Assembly: GCA_014729085.1 (NCBI GenBank)
Contig: WJKM01000023.1
Span: 13,648-77,647, forward strand
Origin: Candidatus Dojkabacteria bacterium
Lineage (GTDB): Bacteria; Patescibacteriota; Dojkabacteria; B142; WJKM01
DNA: 64,000 nt
Direction of reading: 5' to 3'
Within the stretch, counting starts at the first letter, position 1. The number at the start of each line of letters is the position of its first letter. The notes beneath the pieces are model-generated. The model saw nothing but the letters and a program-made list of their open reading frames with translations, had not been told where the DNA came from and ran no database searches. A program made the position numbers and the translations under genes. Shown piece by piece: positions 18,117 through 28,379 of the stretch.

Positions 18117-19874
18117 ATGACACTACTCAACAACTTTTTTCGCAAATTAAAAAGGATCTTTATTAGTGAACAAAAAGATATCGTAGAAACAAGTTTCTTT
18201 CTAATGTTTATAATTGGAATTACCAAACTTAGTGGTTTCCTCTATTCGGCAATTGTTGCAAGTAAACTTGGGGCAGACAGGCCTCTCGATCTTTTTATTC
18301 TTGCAAATACCCTTCCAGAAATGATCGGAAATTTAATTCTAATTGGCATTATTGGTGCAGTATTTATCCCCATTTTAATAAAAGTACAGACAGAAAAAGG
18401 GAATATAAAATTTTTAAGATTGTTTAATACACTACTTAATATTTCAATATTAAGTTTTATTTTTCTATCAATTTTTATTTCAGTTTCTGCAAATTGGTTT
18501 TTTCCCTATCTGCTTAATCACGTTCTAAAACCTAGTGAAGTTTATACGTCTCAAGAAATAACTGAGGTTGTTAGAATGATGAGACTCTTATTTATCCCTC
18601 AAATAGTTCTAGGCGTTAGTACATTCTATTCCAGTGGGATTAATATTTACAATAGATTCCTTATTCCGCAGTTAGCTCCCCTATTCTATAACTTTGGAAG
18701 AATAATCGGTGCTTATATACTTATCCCCTTCCTGGGTGTTGAGGGACTTGTATGGGGTACATTAATTGGCTCGTTTTTACATCTTTTAATTCAAACCCCT
18801 TTAACATATAAATTAGGAATTAAACATATGCCGGTTTTGGAGATAAAAGACAAATATACAATAGAATCTATCAAATTTGGCATTCCCAGAATACTTGGTC
18901 TAGGAGCAGAATACTTTGCAAACAGTATTGACAAATTTATCGCAGCTAGATTTATTGGTGGATCTGTTTCGGCTTTTGATTTTGCAATTAAATTAGTCTC
19001 AATTCCACTCTCTCTTTTTGGATTAACTTTTTCAACAGCATCATTTCCTACGCTTGCTAGGCTTTTTCAAACAAACAAAAAAACAGAATTTGTTAAACTA
19101 TTTCTAAAGATGTTAAATCAAATCTTATTTCTCTCTGTTCCAGTAACAATAATACTTTTAATATTACGTGTATCTTTAGTTCGTTTATTTTTTGGTATTT
19201 TTGGAGGAGAATTTGATTTTGAAGCTACTTATTTAACAGCTTGGATAGTATCATTTTTTGCAATCGGACTTGCTTTAGAAAGCGCAAGAAGTCTCCTCTA
19301 TAGATCCTTCTATGCTGCAAACGATACAATGAATCCTCTGTTGTCTGCTGTTTTTACTGTGATTTTTGGAATAGTAACAGGTATACTATTCACTAATTAT
19401 TTCAGTCATTTTGATACTTTTGAATTCTCAGCTCTAAAATGGAATATAAACTATTTTTTCGAGACAAAAAATGGGAAAGCTGCTGCAGGTGGCCTGGCAC
19501 TAAGTTCTAGTATAGTCTATATTCTAGAATTTTTCTTATTAATTTACTTATTTAACAAAAAAGTAGCGCATATTAAACTTAAAATACTTCTCAAAACTAT
19601 ACTAAAAAAAATCATTGCTGGCTCGATTATGGCTTTGGTCATGTATTCGTTCTTCAAACTTTGGGGAAATACAGTTTTCCAAGAAAAAACTGCAATCTTA
19701 TTTATTCTAGTTAGTGCAACCGTATTCATCGGATTATTTTCATATCTTTGGGCGAGTTATGTGCTTAAAATTCCAGAATTTTCTCTCTTTATGAAATTAG
19801 GAGGAAGACGCATAAAACAAAAAATCGAACAACAAATAAGTCAAATACAAGCAAGTCTACAGAATTATTCTTAA
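18117..19874 (+). CDS. murJ: Lipid II flippase MurJ/MviN-like polytopic membrane protein
   Basis: 585 aa with about 14 predicted TM helices; MurJ-like N-terminus (ETSFFLMFIIGITKLSGFLYSAIVASKLGA). Family call from topology and size only. Confidence 0.5.
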   Translation: MTLLNNFFRKLKRIFISEQKDIVETSFFLMFIIGITKLSGFLYSAIVASKLGADRPLDLFILANTLPEMIGNLILIGIIGAVFIPILIKVQTEKGNIKFLRLFNTLLNISILSFIFLSIFISVSANWFFPYLLNHVLKPSEVYTSQEITEVVRMMRLLFIPQIVLGVSTFYSSGINIYNRFLIPQLAPLFYNFGRIIGAYILIPFLGVEGLVWGTLIGSFLHLLIQTPLTYKLGIKHMPVLEIKDKYTIESIKFGIPRILGLGAEYFANSIDKFIAARFIGGSVSAFDFAIKLVSIPLSLFGLTFSTASFPTLARLFQTNKKTEFVKLFLKMLNQILFLSVPVTIILLILRVSLVRLFFGIFGGEFDFEATYLTAWIVSFFAIGLALESARSLLYRSFYAANDTMNPLLSAVFTVIFGIVTGILFTNYFSHFDTFEFSALKWNINYFFETKNGKAAAGGLALSSSIVYILEFFLLIYLFNKKVAHIKLKILLKTILKKIIAGSIMALVMYSFFKLWGNTVFQEKTAILFILVSATVFIGLFSYLWASYVLKIPEFSLFMKLGGRRIKQKIEQQISQIQASLQNYS

Positions 19875-19936
19875 CTGATTTCCATTTTAAATTTTAGAGA
19901 TAGTATAATATAGAGTTAATCTTTCATACGTTTTGA

Positions 19937-20779
19937 ATGCAGACTTTAAAAGATTCCAATTCAGAAAGCTCAAATACTCCTGAAGCATTTAGAGACGATC
20001 AGGCTCATAAAACAAAAGACATGGATTCAAATTTAAAAGGTAATTACTATGATCCAAGAGAGGATGAATATTTAGATCAAATTGACAGGTTAGAAAAAGA
20101 TGTTAAAAAGTTAAAGAAAAAAACTAAAAAAAGAATAGGCTGTAAAAAATTTTCTTGCCTGGGATGTTCCACTTTAATAATTCTCATTACCTTAATAATC
20201 TATATTAAACCCCCTTTTATATTAAACCCAATAAAATCATATATTAACGCTGACTATTCAAACGAAATACCTTCGTATGAAATAAAAAAATTTAATATCA
20301 ATGATAATATTTCAGAAGAATCGGCTCAAATAATTAGCTTTAAACTGGATGAAAACGACTTAATTAATCTTCTGGATTGTTCAGGTTGCAGAATGAAAAT
20401 TGATAGAGTTGAGCTACATAAGGAAAAAATAATTTTATTCAAAAATTTGGCAAATAAAGGATATCCTCTTTGGTTAGCTCTAGAAATTTCGAATCAGAAC
20501 GATCATTTTGATGTTAAAAAAATTGGTTTTGGAAAATTCCCTCTTCCCGATAGTATAGAAAAACCATTTAAACAGCTCATTTTGATTAACGAAGCTGACG
20601 ATAATTCTCTTACTAAAGAAATTTTAAATAAAATACTTGGACCAGAGCTTTCTCAGATTACAAAACCACAAAATATAATATTTAGAGAAAATGAAATGGT
20701 AATTACATTACAAAGTAAGGATCTTGATCAATCAGAAGAAATTGATTTCCAAGAATATATAAAAGAATTAATTCCCTAG
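19937..20779 (+). CDS. Hypothetical membrane-anchored protein
   Basis: 280 aa; charged N-terminus and a single TM (CLGCSTLIILITLIIYI). Confidence 0.4.
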   Translation: MQTLKDSNSESSNTPEAFRDDQAHKTKDMDSNLKGNYYDPREDEYLDQIDRLEKDVKKLKKKTKKRIGCKKFSCLGCSTLIILITLIIYIKPPFILNPIKSYINADYSNEIPSYEIKKFNINDNISEESAQIISFKLDENDLINLLDCSGCRMKIDRVELHKEKIILFKNLANKGYPLWLALEISNQNDHFDVKKIGFGKFPLPDSIEKPFKQLILINEADDNSLTKEILNKILGPELSQITKPQNIIFRENEMVITLQSKDLDQSEEIDFQEYIKELIP

Positions 20780-20796
20780 TTTTTAACAGTTTATTA

Positions 20797-21720
20797 ATGA
20801 TTCACCTTTTATTTGGAGAAAATTCATTTGCTAGTTATAAAGAATTAGAGTCGATAAAGAACAAATTTAAAAAGGATAATCCAAATAGCGAAATACATGT
20901 AATTGAAGATAAAAATGTAAACATAGATCAAATAAATTTTTCTTCCTATGGTCTATTTGCCAATCCAAGATTATATATTTTTAAAAGATTTTTCGAATTC
21001 GATAAAAACATCCAAAAACAAATAATAGATGAATTGAAAACTAATTTAGATGAAATGTATATAATCTGGACAGACCGAAAAATTGATAAAAGACTAAAAA
21101 TGTACAAAACTTTGAAAAAGATAGCTGAATGCAACGAATTTAAAAAGCTTAATTCATCTCAAATGCGCAAATGGATTTTAAAACAAGCAAAAATATTAAA
21201 CCTAGAAATAAATCAAAACCATATTGACCTTTTACTTTCAAGATTTGAGAATAATCAAGCTCTAATATATTCTGAGCTAAAGAAATTAAAACTACTCATT
21301 CAAGCTCAAAACAAAAAAAAGATTGATGATAAAGCTCTACAAATCTTAAGTGGTACTGATCTCTTTGACATATGGGATTTTATCCAAAAATTCTTTCATA
21401 AACAAAAAAAAGAAGCTCTAGAATTCATAAATAATATAAATTTTGATAACCAAAGTGAATTCATGATAATTGGAAGCCTAGCATCTCAAGTAAGATGTAT
21501 ATATCTAATTAAAAAATATAGCCCAAAGAAATCAAAAGAAATACAGAAGAAACTAAGCATACATCCTTTTACATATTCTCAATGTACTAAATATGCGCAA
21601 AATTTTTCCCTTGAACGTATAAAGAGACTGTATCAGCAGTTAGCGAACTTAGACTTTTCATTAAAACAAGGAAAAATTTTCCCTAAACTCGCCTTATCAT
21701 TACTTGTCCTTTCTCTATAA
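20797..21720 (+). CDS. holA: DNA polymerase III delta subunit (HolA)-like
   Basis: 307 aa; N-terminus MIHLLFGENSFASYKELESI resembles the delta-subunit start (iYLLYGEE.fL); size fits. Confidence 0.45.
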   Translation: MIHLLFGENSFASYKELESIKNKFKKDNPNSEIHVIEDKNVNIDQINFSSYGLFANPRLYIFKRFFEFDKNIQKQIIDELKTNLDEMYIIWTDRKIDKRLKMYKTLKKIAECNEFKKLNSSQMRKWILKQAKILNLEINQNHIDLLLSRFENNQALIYSELKKLKLLIQAQNKKKIDDKALQILSGTDLFDIWDFIQKFFHKQKKEALEFINNINFDNQSEFMIIGSLASQVRCIYLIKKYSPKKSKEIQKKLSIHPFTYSQCTKYAQNFSLERIKRLYQQLANLDFSLKQGKIFPKLALSLLVLSL

Positions 21721-21801
21721 CTAAGTAATACCCAAAGTATTTTATTTTAAAGCTCTTCATAAATTGATAAAATAAATATTGAGAAATTTGATTAATCAAC
21801 T

Positions 21802-23073
21802 ATGCTGAAAGCATCAAACATTATGAGTTTAATAAAAATTTTCAAAAATCATATTAAAATTACAATTCAGATTCTTTTTATTTTCATTGCATCTTTTACT
21901 TTAATAAACATAATAAGAGCTCAATATATAGAAATTTCTCCTGAGGATATAAACCTGCCACAGAATGAATCTACTGCAAAAATTGAATACACAACACCAA
22001 AATCCCTAGTCCTTGTACCCCTATCTCCTCCAGAAAGAGATTTTCGAGCCTCTAATACTGAATGGTATAAGGGTATTTACTACTATCAAACAACAAGATA
22101 TAACCTACCAGCTATCTCCTTCCATTACGTTATTACAGAGGATGGAAAACTAATAGAAAACGAATATTCCGTTGGCGACAGAAAAATTGATATTACGAAC
22201 GAACAAATCGAAAATCCAATTTTAGTTGCATATATGACTCCAAAAGGAAGTATTAGATTTAACCCCATTTCTAAAGGCAAAATTCAATCTATTCTTGTTG
22301 ACATTGTAAATGAAAACGCTATTTCCCCTGAAAATATATATATTAAAGGCATTCAATTCATAAGTACAGATAACCGCCAATTGAAGATTGTACTTAAGGA
22401 ACTTTTCATCGGATGGCAGAGAGAGCTAGACCAAATGCGAGACTTTATAGTACAAAACTACAATCCAATTGAGAAAAAAATTAATATTGAAGTTAAAAAT
22501 ATTAATCTTCCCGAAGAAAAACAAAAGGTAAATACTAAAGTAAAAGGAACTATAACAATAAAGAATACAGGTCAATTTCCAATCTATGGTGGAACTGATG
22601 ACCAATTGCTCTTAACAAAAGTTGATAGCGAAGACGAAGATAATACGGAAAGTGCATTTTTTATTAATGATTTATGGGTTTCCCAAACTCAAATTAATCT
22701 GATGGAAAATGATCAAGTAATAATGCCAGATCAGGAAACCTCTATTGAATTCCAATTGTTTGTACCCCTGGAGACAGAACAAATATCAGAAATGTTTTAT
22801 ATTACAAATTTGAAAGGAGAAATTTTATCTGATGAGCTGAATTTGACTATACAAATTGCTGAGATTGATCAGGAGGTTATTGAAATTTTATCTCCTGAGG
22901 CTGGTTATTTAAAAGTTAGGGCTGCCCCATCTTTGTCTGCAGATGAGATTACTCGTGTTTCATCTGGTGCAAGATATTTTGTTCTTGAAAAAGAAAGCGG
23001 ATGGATCAAAATTCAAGTAGAAGAAGATATATCGGGATGGGTTTATGGAAAATATACAGAAAAATTAAACTAA
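21802..23073 (+). CDS. Membrane-anchored hypothetical protein with C-terminal SH3b (bacterial SH3) domain
   Basis: N-terminal TM; C-terminal GYLKVRAAPSLSADEITRVSSGARYFVLEKESGWIKIQVEEDISGWVYGKY is an SH3_3-type motif. Confidence 0.5.
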   Translation: MLKASNIMSLIKIFKNHIKITIQILFIFIASFTLINIIRAQYIEISPEDINLPQNESTAKIEYTTPKSLVLVPLSPPERDFRASNTEWYKGIYYYQTTRYNLPAISFHYVITEDGKLIENEYSVGDRKIDITNEQIENPILVAYMTPKGSIRFNPISKGKIQSILVDIVNENAISPENIYIKGIQFISTDNRQLKIVLKELFIGWQRELDQMRDFIVQNYNPIEKKINIEVKNINLPEEKQKVNTKVKGTITIKNTGQFPIYGGTDDQLLLTKVDSEDEDNTESAFFINDLWVSQTQINLMENDQVIMPDQETSIEFQLFVPLETEQISEMFYITNLKGEILSDELNLTIQIAEIDQEVIEILSPEAGYLKVRAAPSLSADEITRVSSGARYFVLEKESGWIKIQVEEDISGWVYGKYTEKLN

Positions 23074-23277
23074 AATTTTGTAAATTAATATATTGACCAC
23101 TTATACTTTTGTCTGATATCTTGTATAATAGATTTCAACATTAATATTAATCTGGTCTTAGTTTACAGATTAATTCAAATCGCATTTTTTTACTACTTTA
23201 CTCTACTTTCAGCCTTATCAGTATATCAATTCTTGATCACCAAACTTATTTTATCTATTTTTAATTACTTGCAAATT

Positions 23278-24303
23278 ATGACAAAAAATGACAAGAAAAA
23301 AACTGCTCAGAAGAAAGAAAAAGGTAAAAAGAAAGCTGTAGATACCGCTCTTTCACAAATTGAAAAACAATTTGGAAAAGGGTCAATCATGAAGTTTGGT
23401 GAAGATTCTCATCAAAAAGTCGAGGTTATTTCTACCGGTGCAATCTCTCTTGATATTGCATTAGGAATTGGAGGTATTCCAAAAGGAAGAATAATTGAAA
23501 TATACGGACCTGAATCCTCTGGGAAAACTACTCTAGCTATGCATATGATGGCGGAAGCACAAGCAGCTGGTGGTACTGCTGCGTTTGTAGATGCAGAACA
23601 TGCATTTGATCCAACTTATGCAAAGAATATCGGAATAAATTTAGATGATCTATATATTTCGCAACCCGACTATGGAGAACAGGCTCTTGAGATTGTAGAA
23701 ACTCTTGTAAGATCTGGAGGCTTTGATATCATAGCAATTGACTCAGTAGCTGCTCTTACACCAAGGGCAGAAATAGAAGGTGAAATGGGAGATTCACATA
23801 TGGGTTTACAGGCAAGATTGATGAGCCAAGCATTAAGAAAATTAACAGCAATTACCGCAAAAACCAAGGCTACTGTAGTATTCATCAATCAATTAAGAAT
23901 GAAAATTGGAATAATGTTTGGTAATCCAGAAACCACAACCGGAGGGAATGCTTTAAAATTTTATAGTTCAGTAAGACTTGATATACGAAAAAAGGAAACA
24001 CTAAAAGACAAGGATGGAGTTAAAGGCCACATGGTTAGAGTCAAAGTTGCAAAAAACAAGACTGCCCCTCCATTTAAAGAAGCTTATTTTGAAATTATCT
24101 ATCCAAACGGTATAGACAAATATTCAAGTTTAATTGATGCTGCCCTAAATTTCGATATCATAGAAAAAGCCGGTTCTTGGTATAAGTATGGTGATACTCA
24201 ACTTGGGCAAGGAAAAGATGCTGCAAAAGAGGTACTAAGTACTGATAAAAAGTTAACAAAGGAAATACTGAAAAAAGTTAAAAAAGAAGCTGGCATAGAA
24301 TAA
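23278..24303 (+). CDS. recA: Recombinase RecA
   Basis: Start re-assigned to internal ATG 23278 (MTKNDKK...[15 protein letters not shown]). Walker [13 protein letters not shown]1/L2 loops, RecA C-terminus. Confidence 0.95.
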   Translation: MTKNDKKKTAQKKEKGKKKAVDTALSQIEKQFGKGSIMKFGEDSHQKVEVISTGAISLDIALGIGGIPKGRIIEIYGPESSGKTTLAMHMMAEAQAAGGTAAFVDAEHAFDPTYAKNIGINLDDLYISQPDYGEQALEIVETLVRSGGFDIIAIDSVAALTPRAEIEGEMGDSHMGLQARLMSQALRKLTAITAKTKATVVFINQLRMKIGIMFGNPETTTGGNALKFYSSVRLDIRKKETLKDKDGVKGHMVRVKVAKNKTAPPFKEAYFEIIYPNGIDKYSSLIDAALNFDIIEKAGSWYKYGDTQLGQGKDAAKEVLSTDKKLTKEILKKVKKEAGIE

Positions 24304-24304
24304 T

Positions 24305-24327
24305 AAAAGGGGGATTTTCCCCCTTTT
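24305..24327 (+). terminator. Rho-independent terminator downstream of recA
   Basis: aaaaGGGGG-atttt-CCCCCtttt: perfect 5-bp G/C stem extended by A/T pairs, followed by a T run. Confidence 0.75.
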
Positions 24328-24328
24328 A

Positions 24329-24961
24329 ATGATTAGATTATATTTATTGAAATTTATTACTAAAATCATGGTAAGTCTTCATAAAGTTCTAAGGTATTTA
24401 TTTGTTTCTAAAGTCAGAATCAAATGTCTTAAGTATTTTTTTCTTAATCAAGATGTACCAATACACTTAAGAGGAATGGCCAGAGAACTTAATGAGGAAA
24501 TAAATGCAGTAAGAAGAGAATTGATGAGATTAGATGAAATTAAACTCCTTAAATCTACTAAGAGGGGTAATAAAAAATATTTCTCCTTGAATTTTGATTT
24601 CCCTTATTTTGAAGAGTTTTGTAGTTTATTTATTAAAAGCGATGGGCTTGGCGAAGATATTATTAAAAAGCATAATAAGCTTGGAGCTATCTATTTTGCT
24701 GCACTTACATCAGCATTTGTTAGCGGAGTTAATATAAATCACAAAGAGATTGACCTAATTATTATTGGCGATATAGATTTGGAACTTTTGGGGGAGATTG
24801 TTAGAAAAGAAGAGGAAAAGATTGGGAGAGAAATAAACTATACTGTTCTAAAACTTGCAGAATTCAACCTCCGCAAAAAAAGAAAAGACCCGTTTATTAC
24901 TAATCTTCTTCTGTCTACCAAAGTATTACTAATAGGTAACCGAGAAGAATATGTTTCCTAA
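24329..24961 (+). CDS. Hypothetical protein (possible winged-HTH plus nucleotidyltransferase-like fold); start codon uncertain
   Basis: ORF begins right after the recA terminator with no RBS; internal Met at residues 14 and 50 (AAGAGGA precedes the latter). C-terminal FVSGVNINHKEIDLIIIGDIDLE loosely resembles an MNT G-S..D.D motif. Confidence 0.35.
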   Translation: MIRLYLLKFITKIMVSLHKVLRYLFVSKVRIKCLKYFFLNQDVPIHLRGMARELNEEINAVRRELMRLDEIKLLKSTKRGNKKYFSLNFDFPYFEEFCSLFIKSDGLGEDIIKKHNKLGAIYFAALTSAFVSGVNINHKEIDLIIIGDIDLELLGEIVRKEEEKIGREINYTVLKLAEFNLRKKRKDPFITNLLLSTKVLLIGNREEYVS

Positions 24962-25006
24962 GATTATTTAGTAAAGTAAAATCAACTTTACCTATCGTTT
25001 TAATAT

Positions 25007-25576
25007 ATGGATAAAAAGACCGAACTAGAACTAGTTGAAAAAGCAAAAAAAAATATTCAAGCCTTTAACAAACTATATGATTATTATAAAGCTAAAGTAC
25101 TTGGATATTGTATAAATAGATTATCAAACATAGATATTGCAGAAGAAATTACCAGTGATGTATTTCTTTCTGCTGTGGAATCTATTAAGGACTTCGATAC
25201 TAAACGAAATATAAGGTTTGGTTCTTGGCTATACAGCGTCGCTCATAACAAAATTATTGACTACTTCAGAAAAAAGAAAGCATTGCCCCTGGATGAGGAT
25301 TATAAATCTCAAATAAGTGAAACCCAGGATCTAACTAAAGATTTAGTCCAGGATGAAATGCACTATAAAATTGCTAAAATTCTTTCCCTAATAAAACCAA
25401 GATATCAGGAAATAATATCTTTAAGATATTTTGCGGAACTGGAAAACGATGAAATTGCTAAAATTCTTAAAATTAATAAGAATAACGTAGCTGTATTAAT
25501 TCACAGAGCATTGAAATCATTTAAAAAAGAGTTTGAAAATACTTTTCCAGAAACTGAAATATTTGAGCTATTTTAA
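25007..25576 (+). CDS. ECF-type RNA polymerase sigma factor (sigma-70 regions 2 and 4)
   Basis: Region 2 (DIAEEITSDVFL...WLYSVAHNKIIDYFRK) and region 4 HTH (YQEIISLRYFAELENDEIAKILKINKNNVAVLIHRALKSFKK). Confidence 0.8.
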   Translation: MDKKTELELVEKAKKNIQAFNKLYDYYKAKVLGYCINRLSNIDIAEEITSDVFLSAVESIKDFDTKRNIRFGSWLYSVAHNKIIDYFRKKKALPLDEDYKSQISETQDLTKDLVQDEMHYKIAKILSLIKPRYQEIISLRYFAELENDEIAKILKINKNNVAVLIHRALKSFKKEFENTFPETEIFELF

Positions 25577-25591
25577 CGATATATAGATACT

Positions 25592-27160
25592 ATGAAGAAT
25601 AGCGAAAAATCAAAGAAAAACAAAATAAATGCAGAGCAATTCTTCTCTCAGCACAAAATAAGTGTTGAAGATAAGTCTAGCAGTGCTTTTGAATCCTTTT
25701 TCGAATCTCTTCGAGATAAGCTAAATTCTTCATATCTATCTAAAATTAGTTCTTCAAATACTATGGATAAGAAGAAATCCCTATTTTCACCTCAGCTACT
25801 TTTTGGAGGTGGTTTCCTTGTTGCTATTATTGCAGCATTATTAATCCTTTCCCCTACTCTTGTAAAAAATCGAACACTTGGGGGAGAAATTATTTATGTT
25901 GAGGGAAATGTTGAATATCAAACACCTGAAGGCGGTTGGTATGAGGCAGAAGAATATACTTCCTTAGCAGAAGGATCTGCTGTACGTGTACTTGATCAAG
26001 GGAAAGCTATTATCAATCTTGATGATGGAAGTGTACTCAGACTAAATTCAGATTCTCAAATCTCCTTAGATTCAATGGATCCAAATAGTATCGAAATTAA
26101 CAATCATAAAGGAATAGTCTATTCTCGTATTGTTGAAAGTGAACGTAAATTTGTAGTTAATGTTGCAGGAAGACAGATTGAGTCTCTTGGTACCTCTTAT
26201 AAAACAATCAATATTGACGAAAAGAAAGGCGTTAGAGTCTATCAAAACAAAGTCAAAGTGCATAATCAAGAAGGAGAAGAAGAAGCCATTGTAAAAGAAG
26301 GAAATAAATACTATTTTGAACACAACACAAATCCGGATGCTACTGATAAAGTATTAGAAATGACAGTTGAAGAAATAAAAAGAGATGATTTTATACTCTG
26401 GAATAAAGAACTGGATGAAAAAATTGATGAATTTAAAGATGAAATGGGAGTGCTTGCAGAGTTGGATACTAAATCAGAACCAAATCAAACACCAACCGAA
26501 AAACCGACTGAGGAAGTTACAGAGAAACCAACAGAAACTCCATCTCCAACAGCAAAACCTACAACTGAGATAACAAAGAAAATTGCTCTTTCAGCAAAAA
26601 CAGGTACTGATGGAATAAAATTTACTTGGAGCGTATCTGGTATTGATACTTCGAAAGGTTTCAAAATTGTAAGAAGCACATCTACAAGTACACCTGTATA
26701 CCCAGGTAATGATTATTATTATATTACCGATCCTAATGCAAGAAGTTACTATGCAAAACTTCAAGACGGAAAGACATATTATGTAAGAATATGTCAATAT
26801 CTAGGTGGCTCCTGTGGACTTTATAGTAATACAATTAAAGTTACAGCTCCTACATATGTAAAACCAACTGAACAACCAACCAATTCAGTTTCGTCTATAA
26901 GTCTATCTGGAAGTGGAACAAATTTCTCTTGGACAGCCGACGGCTATTCAGAAAAAGGATTTAAATTAGTATGGTCTAAAAACTCAAATCCAACTTATCC
27001 AACTAGAAGTGGAGATTATTACCAATATTACAGTTCGCCTGATGCCACCTCTGGTACAATCAGTGCGAAGGATGGTTCGGGTACATATTATGTAAGGGTA
27101 TGCGAATATCTAGGAGGATCTTGTGGAATATACTCTAACCAAGTTACTGTTACCCTTTAA
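25592..27160 (+). CDS. Putative anti-sigma factor: N-terminal cytoplasmic segment, single TM, FecR-like domain, PT-rich linker, two tandem ~100-aa C-terminal repeat domains
   Basis: Immediately downstream of the ECF sigma. TM LLFGGGFLVAIIAALLIL; FecR-like AEGSAVRVLDQGKAIINLDDGSVLRLNSDSQISLD; tandem repeats each ending Y(Y)VR(I/V)C(Q/E)YLGGSCG(L/I)YSN. Confidence 0.5.
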   Translation: MKNSEKSKKNKINAEQFFSQHKISVEDKSSSAFESFFESLRDKLNSSYLSKISSSNTMDKKKSLFSPQLLFGGGFLVAIIAALLILSPTLVKNRTLGGEIIYVEGNVEYQTPEGGWYEAEEYTSLAEGSAVRVLDQGKAIINLDDGSVLRLNSDSQISLDSMDPNSIEINNHKGIVYSRIVESERKFVVNVAGRQIESLGTSYKTINIDEKKGVRVYQNKVKVHNQEGEEEAIVKEGNKYYFEHNTNPDATDKVLEMTVEEIKRDDFILWNKELDEKIDEFKDEMGVLAELDTKSEPNQTPTEKPTEEVTEKPTETPSPTAKPTTEITKKIALSAKTGTDGIKFTWSVSGIDTSKGFKIVRSTSTSTPVYPGNDYYYITDPNARSYYAKLQDGKTYYVRICQYLGGSCGLYSNTIKVTAPTYVKPTEQPTNSVSSISLSGSGTNFSWTADGYSEKGFKLVWSKNSNPTYPTRSGDYYQYYSSPDATSGTISAKDGSGTYYVRVCEYLGGSCGIYSNQVTVTL

Positions 27161-27182
27161 ATTTAAACAATATATTTAAAAA

Positions 27183-27207
27183 TACCAGCTAGAGGCTGGT
27201 ATTTTTA
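27183..27207 (+). terminator. Rho-independent terminator after the anti-sigma gene
   Basis: taccagc-tagag-gctggta stem-loop followed by ttttt. Confidence 0.55.
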
Positions 27208-27321
27208 GGTCTACAAAGAATTTTCCTTTATTTATCAATTTTCATATTGACAAGTATTTACATAATAATGAATAATGTTATCAGGAATCATTACTAATAA
27301 TTAACTTTTTAATTAAAATCT

Positions 27322-27885
27322 ATGATAAAAATAAATGAAAATATTCCTGATTTCGAGCTTGAGGCTTTCTATGAAGATGAAATCAAAAAAATTAACCTCT
27401 CAGATTATAAGGGGAAATGGCTGGTTTTATTATTCTATCCTGCTGACTTTACTTTTGTATGTCCAACAGAACTTGAACAGGCAGCAATTTTATATGATAA
27501 ATTCAAAGCAGAAGAAGCTGAAATTTTAAGTGTGAGCACCGATACTGCTTTTGTCCATAAGGCATGGCACGATCATTCCAAAGCTATTAGTAAAATCCAG
27601 TATCCAATGGTTGCAGATCCTAGTGGAGCACTTTGCAAAGCTTTCGGGACTTACATAGATGACGAAGGTTTATCTTTTAGAGCAACTTTTATTATAAACC
27701 CAGAAGGAAAGCTCAAGTCACTTGAAATTCATGATAATAGCATTGGTAGAAATATAGAGGAGATACTTAGAAAGCTCCAAGCTTCGAAATATGTTGCAGA
27801 ACACGGCGACGAAGCCTGTCCTGTAAATTGGAAGCCTGGAGATAAAACTTTGAAACCAGGATTGGATCTTGTTGGAAAAATTTAA
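27322..27885 (+). CDS. Typical 2-Cys peroxiredoxin (AhpC/Prx family)
   Basis: Peroxidatic Cys motif FTFVCPTEL and a resolving Cys near the C-terminus (EACPVNW). Confidence 0.9.
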   Translation: MIKINENIPDFELEAFYEDEIKKINLSDYKGKWLVLLFYPADFTFVCPTELEQAAILYDKFKAEEAEILSVSTDTAFVHKAWHDHSKAISKIQYPMVADPSGALCKAFGTYIDDEGLSFRATFIINPEGKLKSLEIHDNSIGRNIEEILRKLQASKYVAEHGDEACPVNWKPGDKTLKPGLDLVGKI

Positions 27886-27941
27886 TAATATAAAGGTAGT
27901 ACTCTAAAAGTTACCTTAGCTTAATTATTAAATTTTTTACT

Positions 27942-28316
27942 ATGGTTCAATTAAACCAAGTATATAAATGCAATGTCTGTGGCAATATGGTTGAAATTGT
28001 TCATGCAAGTGTTGGTCAGCTTGTATGTTGCAATGAACCAATGGAACTACTCGAAGAAATAACTGAAGACAAGGGTTTAGAAAAACATGTCCCAGTTATC
28101 GAAGAAACCGAAAATGGAATATTAGTAAAGATAGGTTCTGTTGATCATCCTATGGAGGAAGACCATTATATTGAATGGATCGAGGTGATAACTAATGGAC
28201 AAGTCTACAGAAAATTTTTAAGTCCAAATGATGAACCAAAAGCAGAATTCAATGTTCCAATAGAAGGAGCGGAAGCAAGGGCATACTGTAATATACATGG
28301 ACTTTGGAAAAGTTGA
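27942..28316 (+). CDS. dfx: Desulfoferrodoxin (2Fe superoxide reductase)
   Basis: N-terminal desulforedoxin-like CxxC...CC (YKCNVCGNMVEIVHASVGQLVCCNEPM). C-terminal SOR centre (KHVPVIE...H.IEWIE...CNIHGLW). Confidence 0.75.
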   Translation: MVQLNQVYKCNVCGNMVEIVHASVGQLVCCNEPMELLEEITEDKGLEKHVPVIEETENGILVKIGSVDHPMEEDHYIEWIEVITNGQVYRKFLSPNDEPKAEFNVPIEGAEARAYCNIHGLWKS

Positions 28317-28379
28317 CATAAAGTAGAAATCAAAGAATAATATAGTTAGAATAACTAATATATTACTCTTCAGTATTTT

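Noticed and set aside
23093-23129. Putative recA promoter (TTGACC … TGtTATAAT)
   Set aside because: The extended -10 (TGTTATAAT, 23122-23129) is convincing, but the TTGACC hexamer is 25 nt upstream, which is too far. Not called as a feature; no Cheo/LexA box was recognised.
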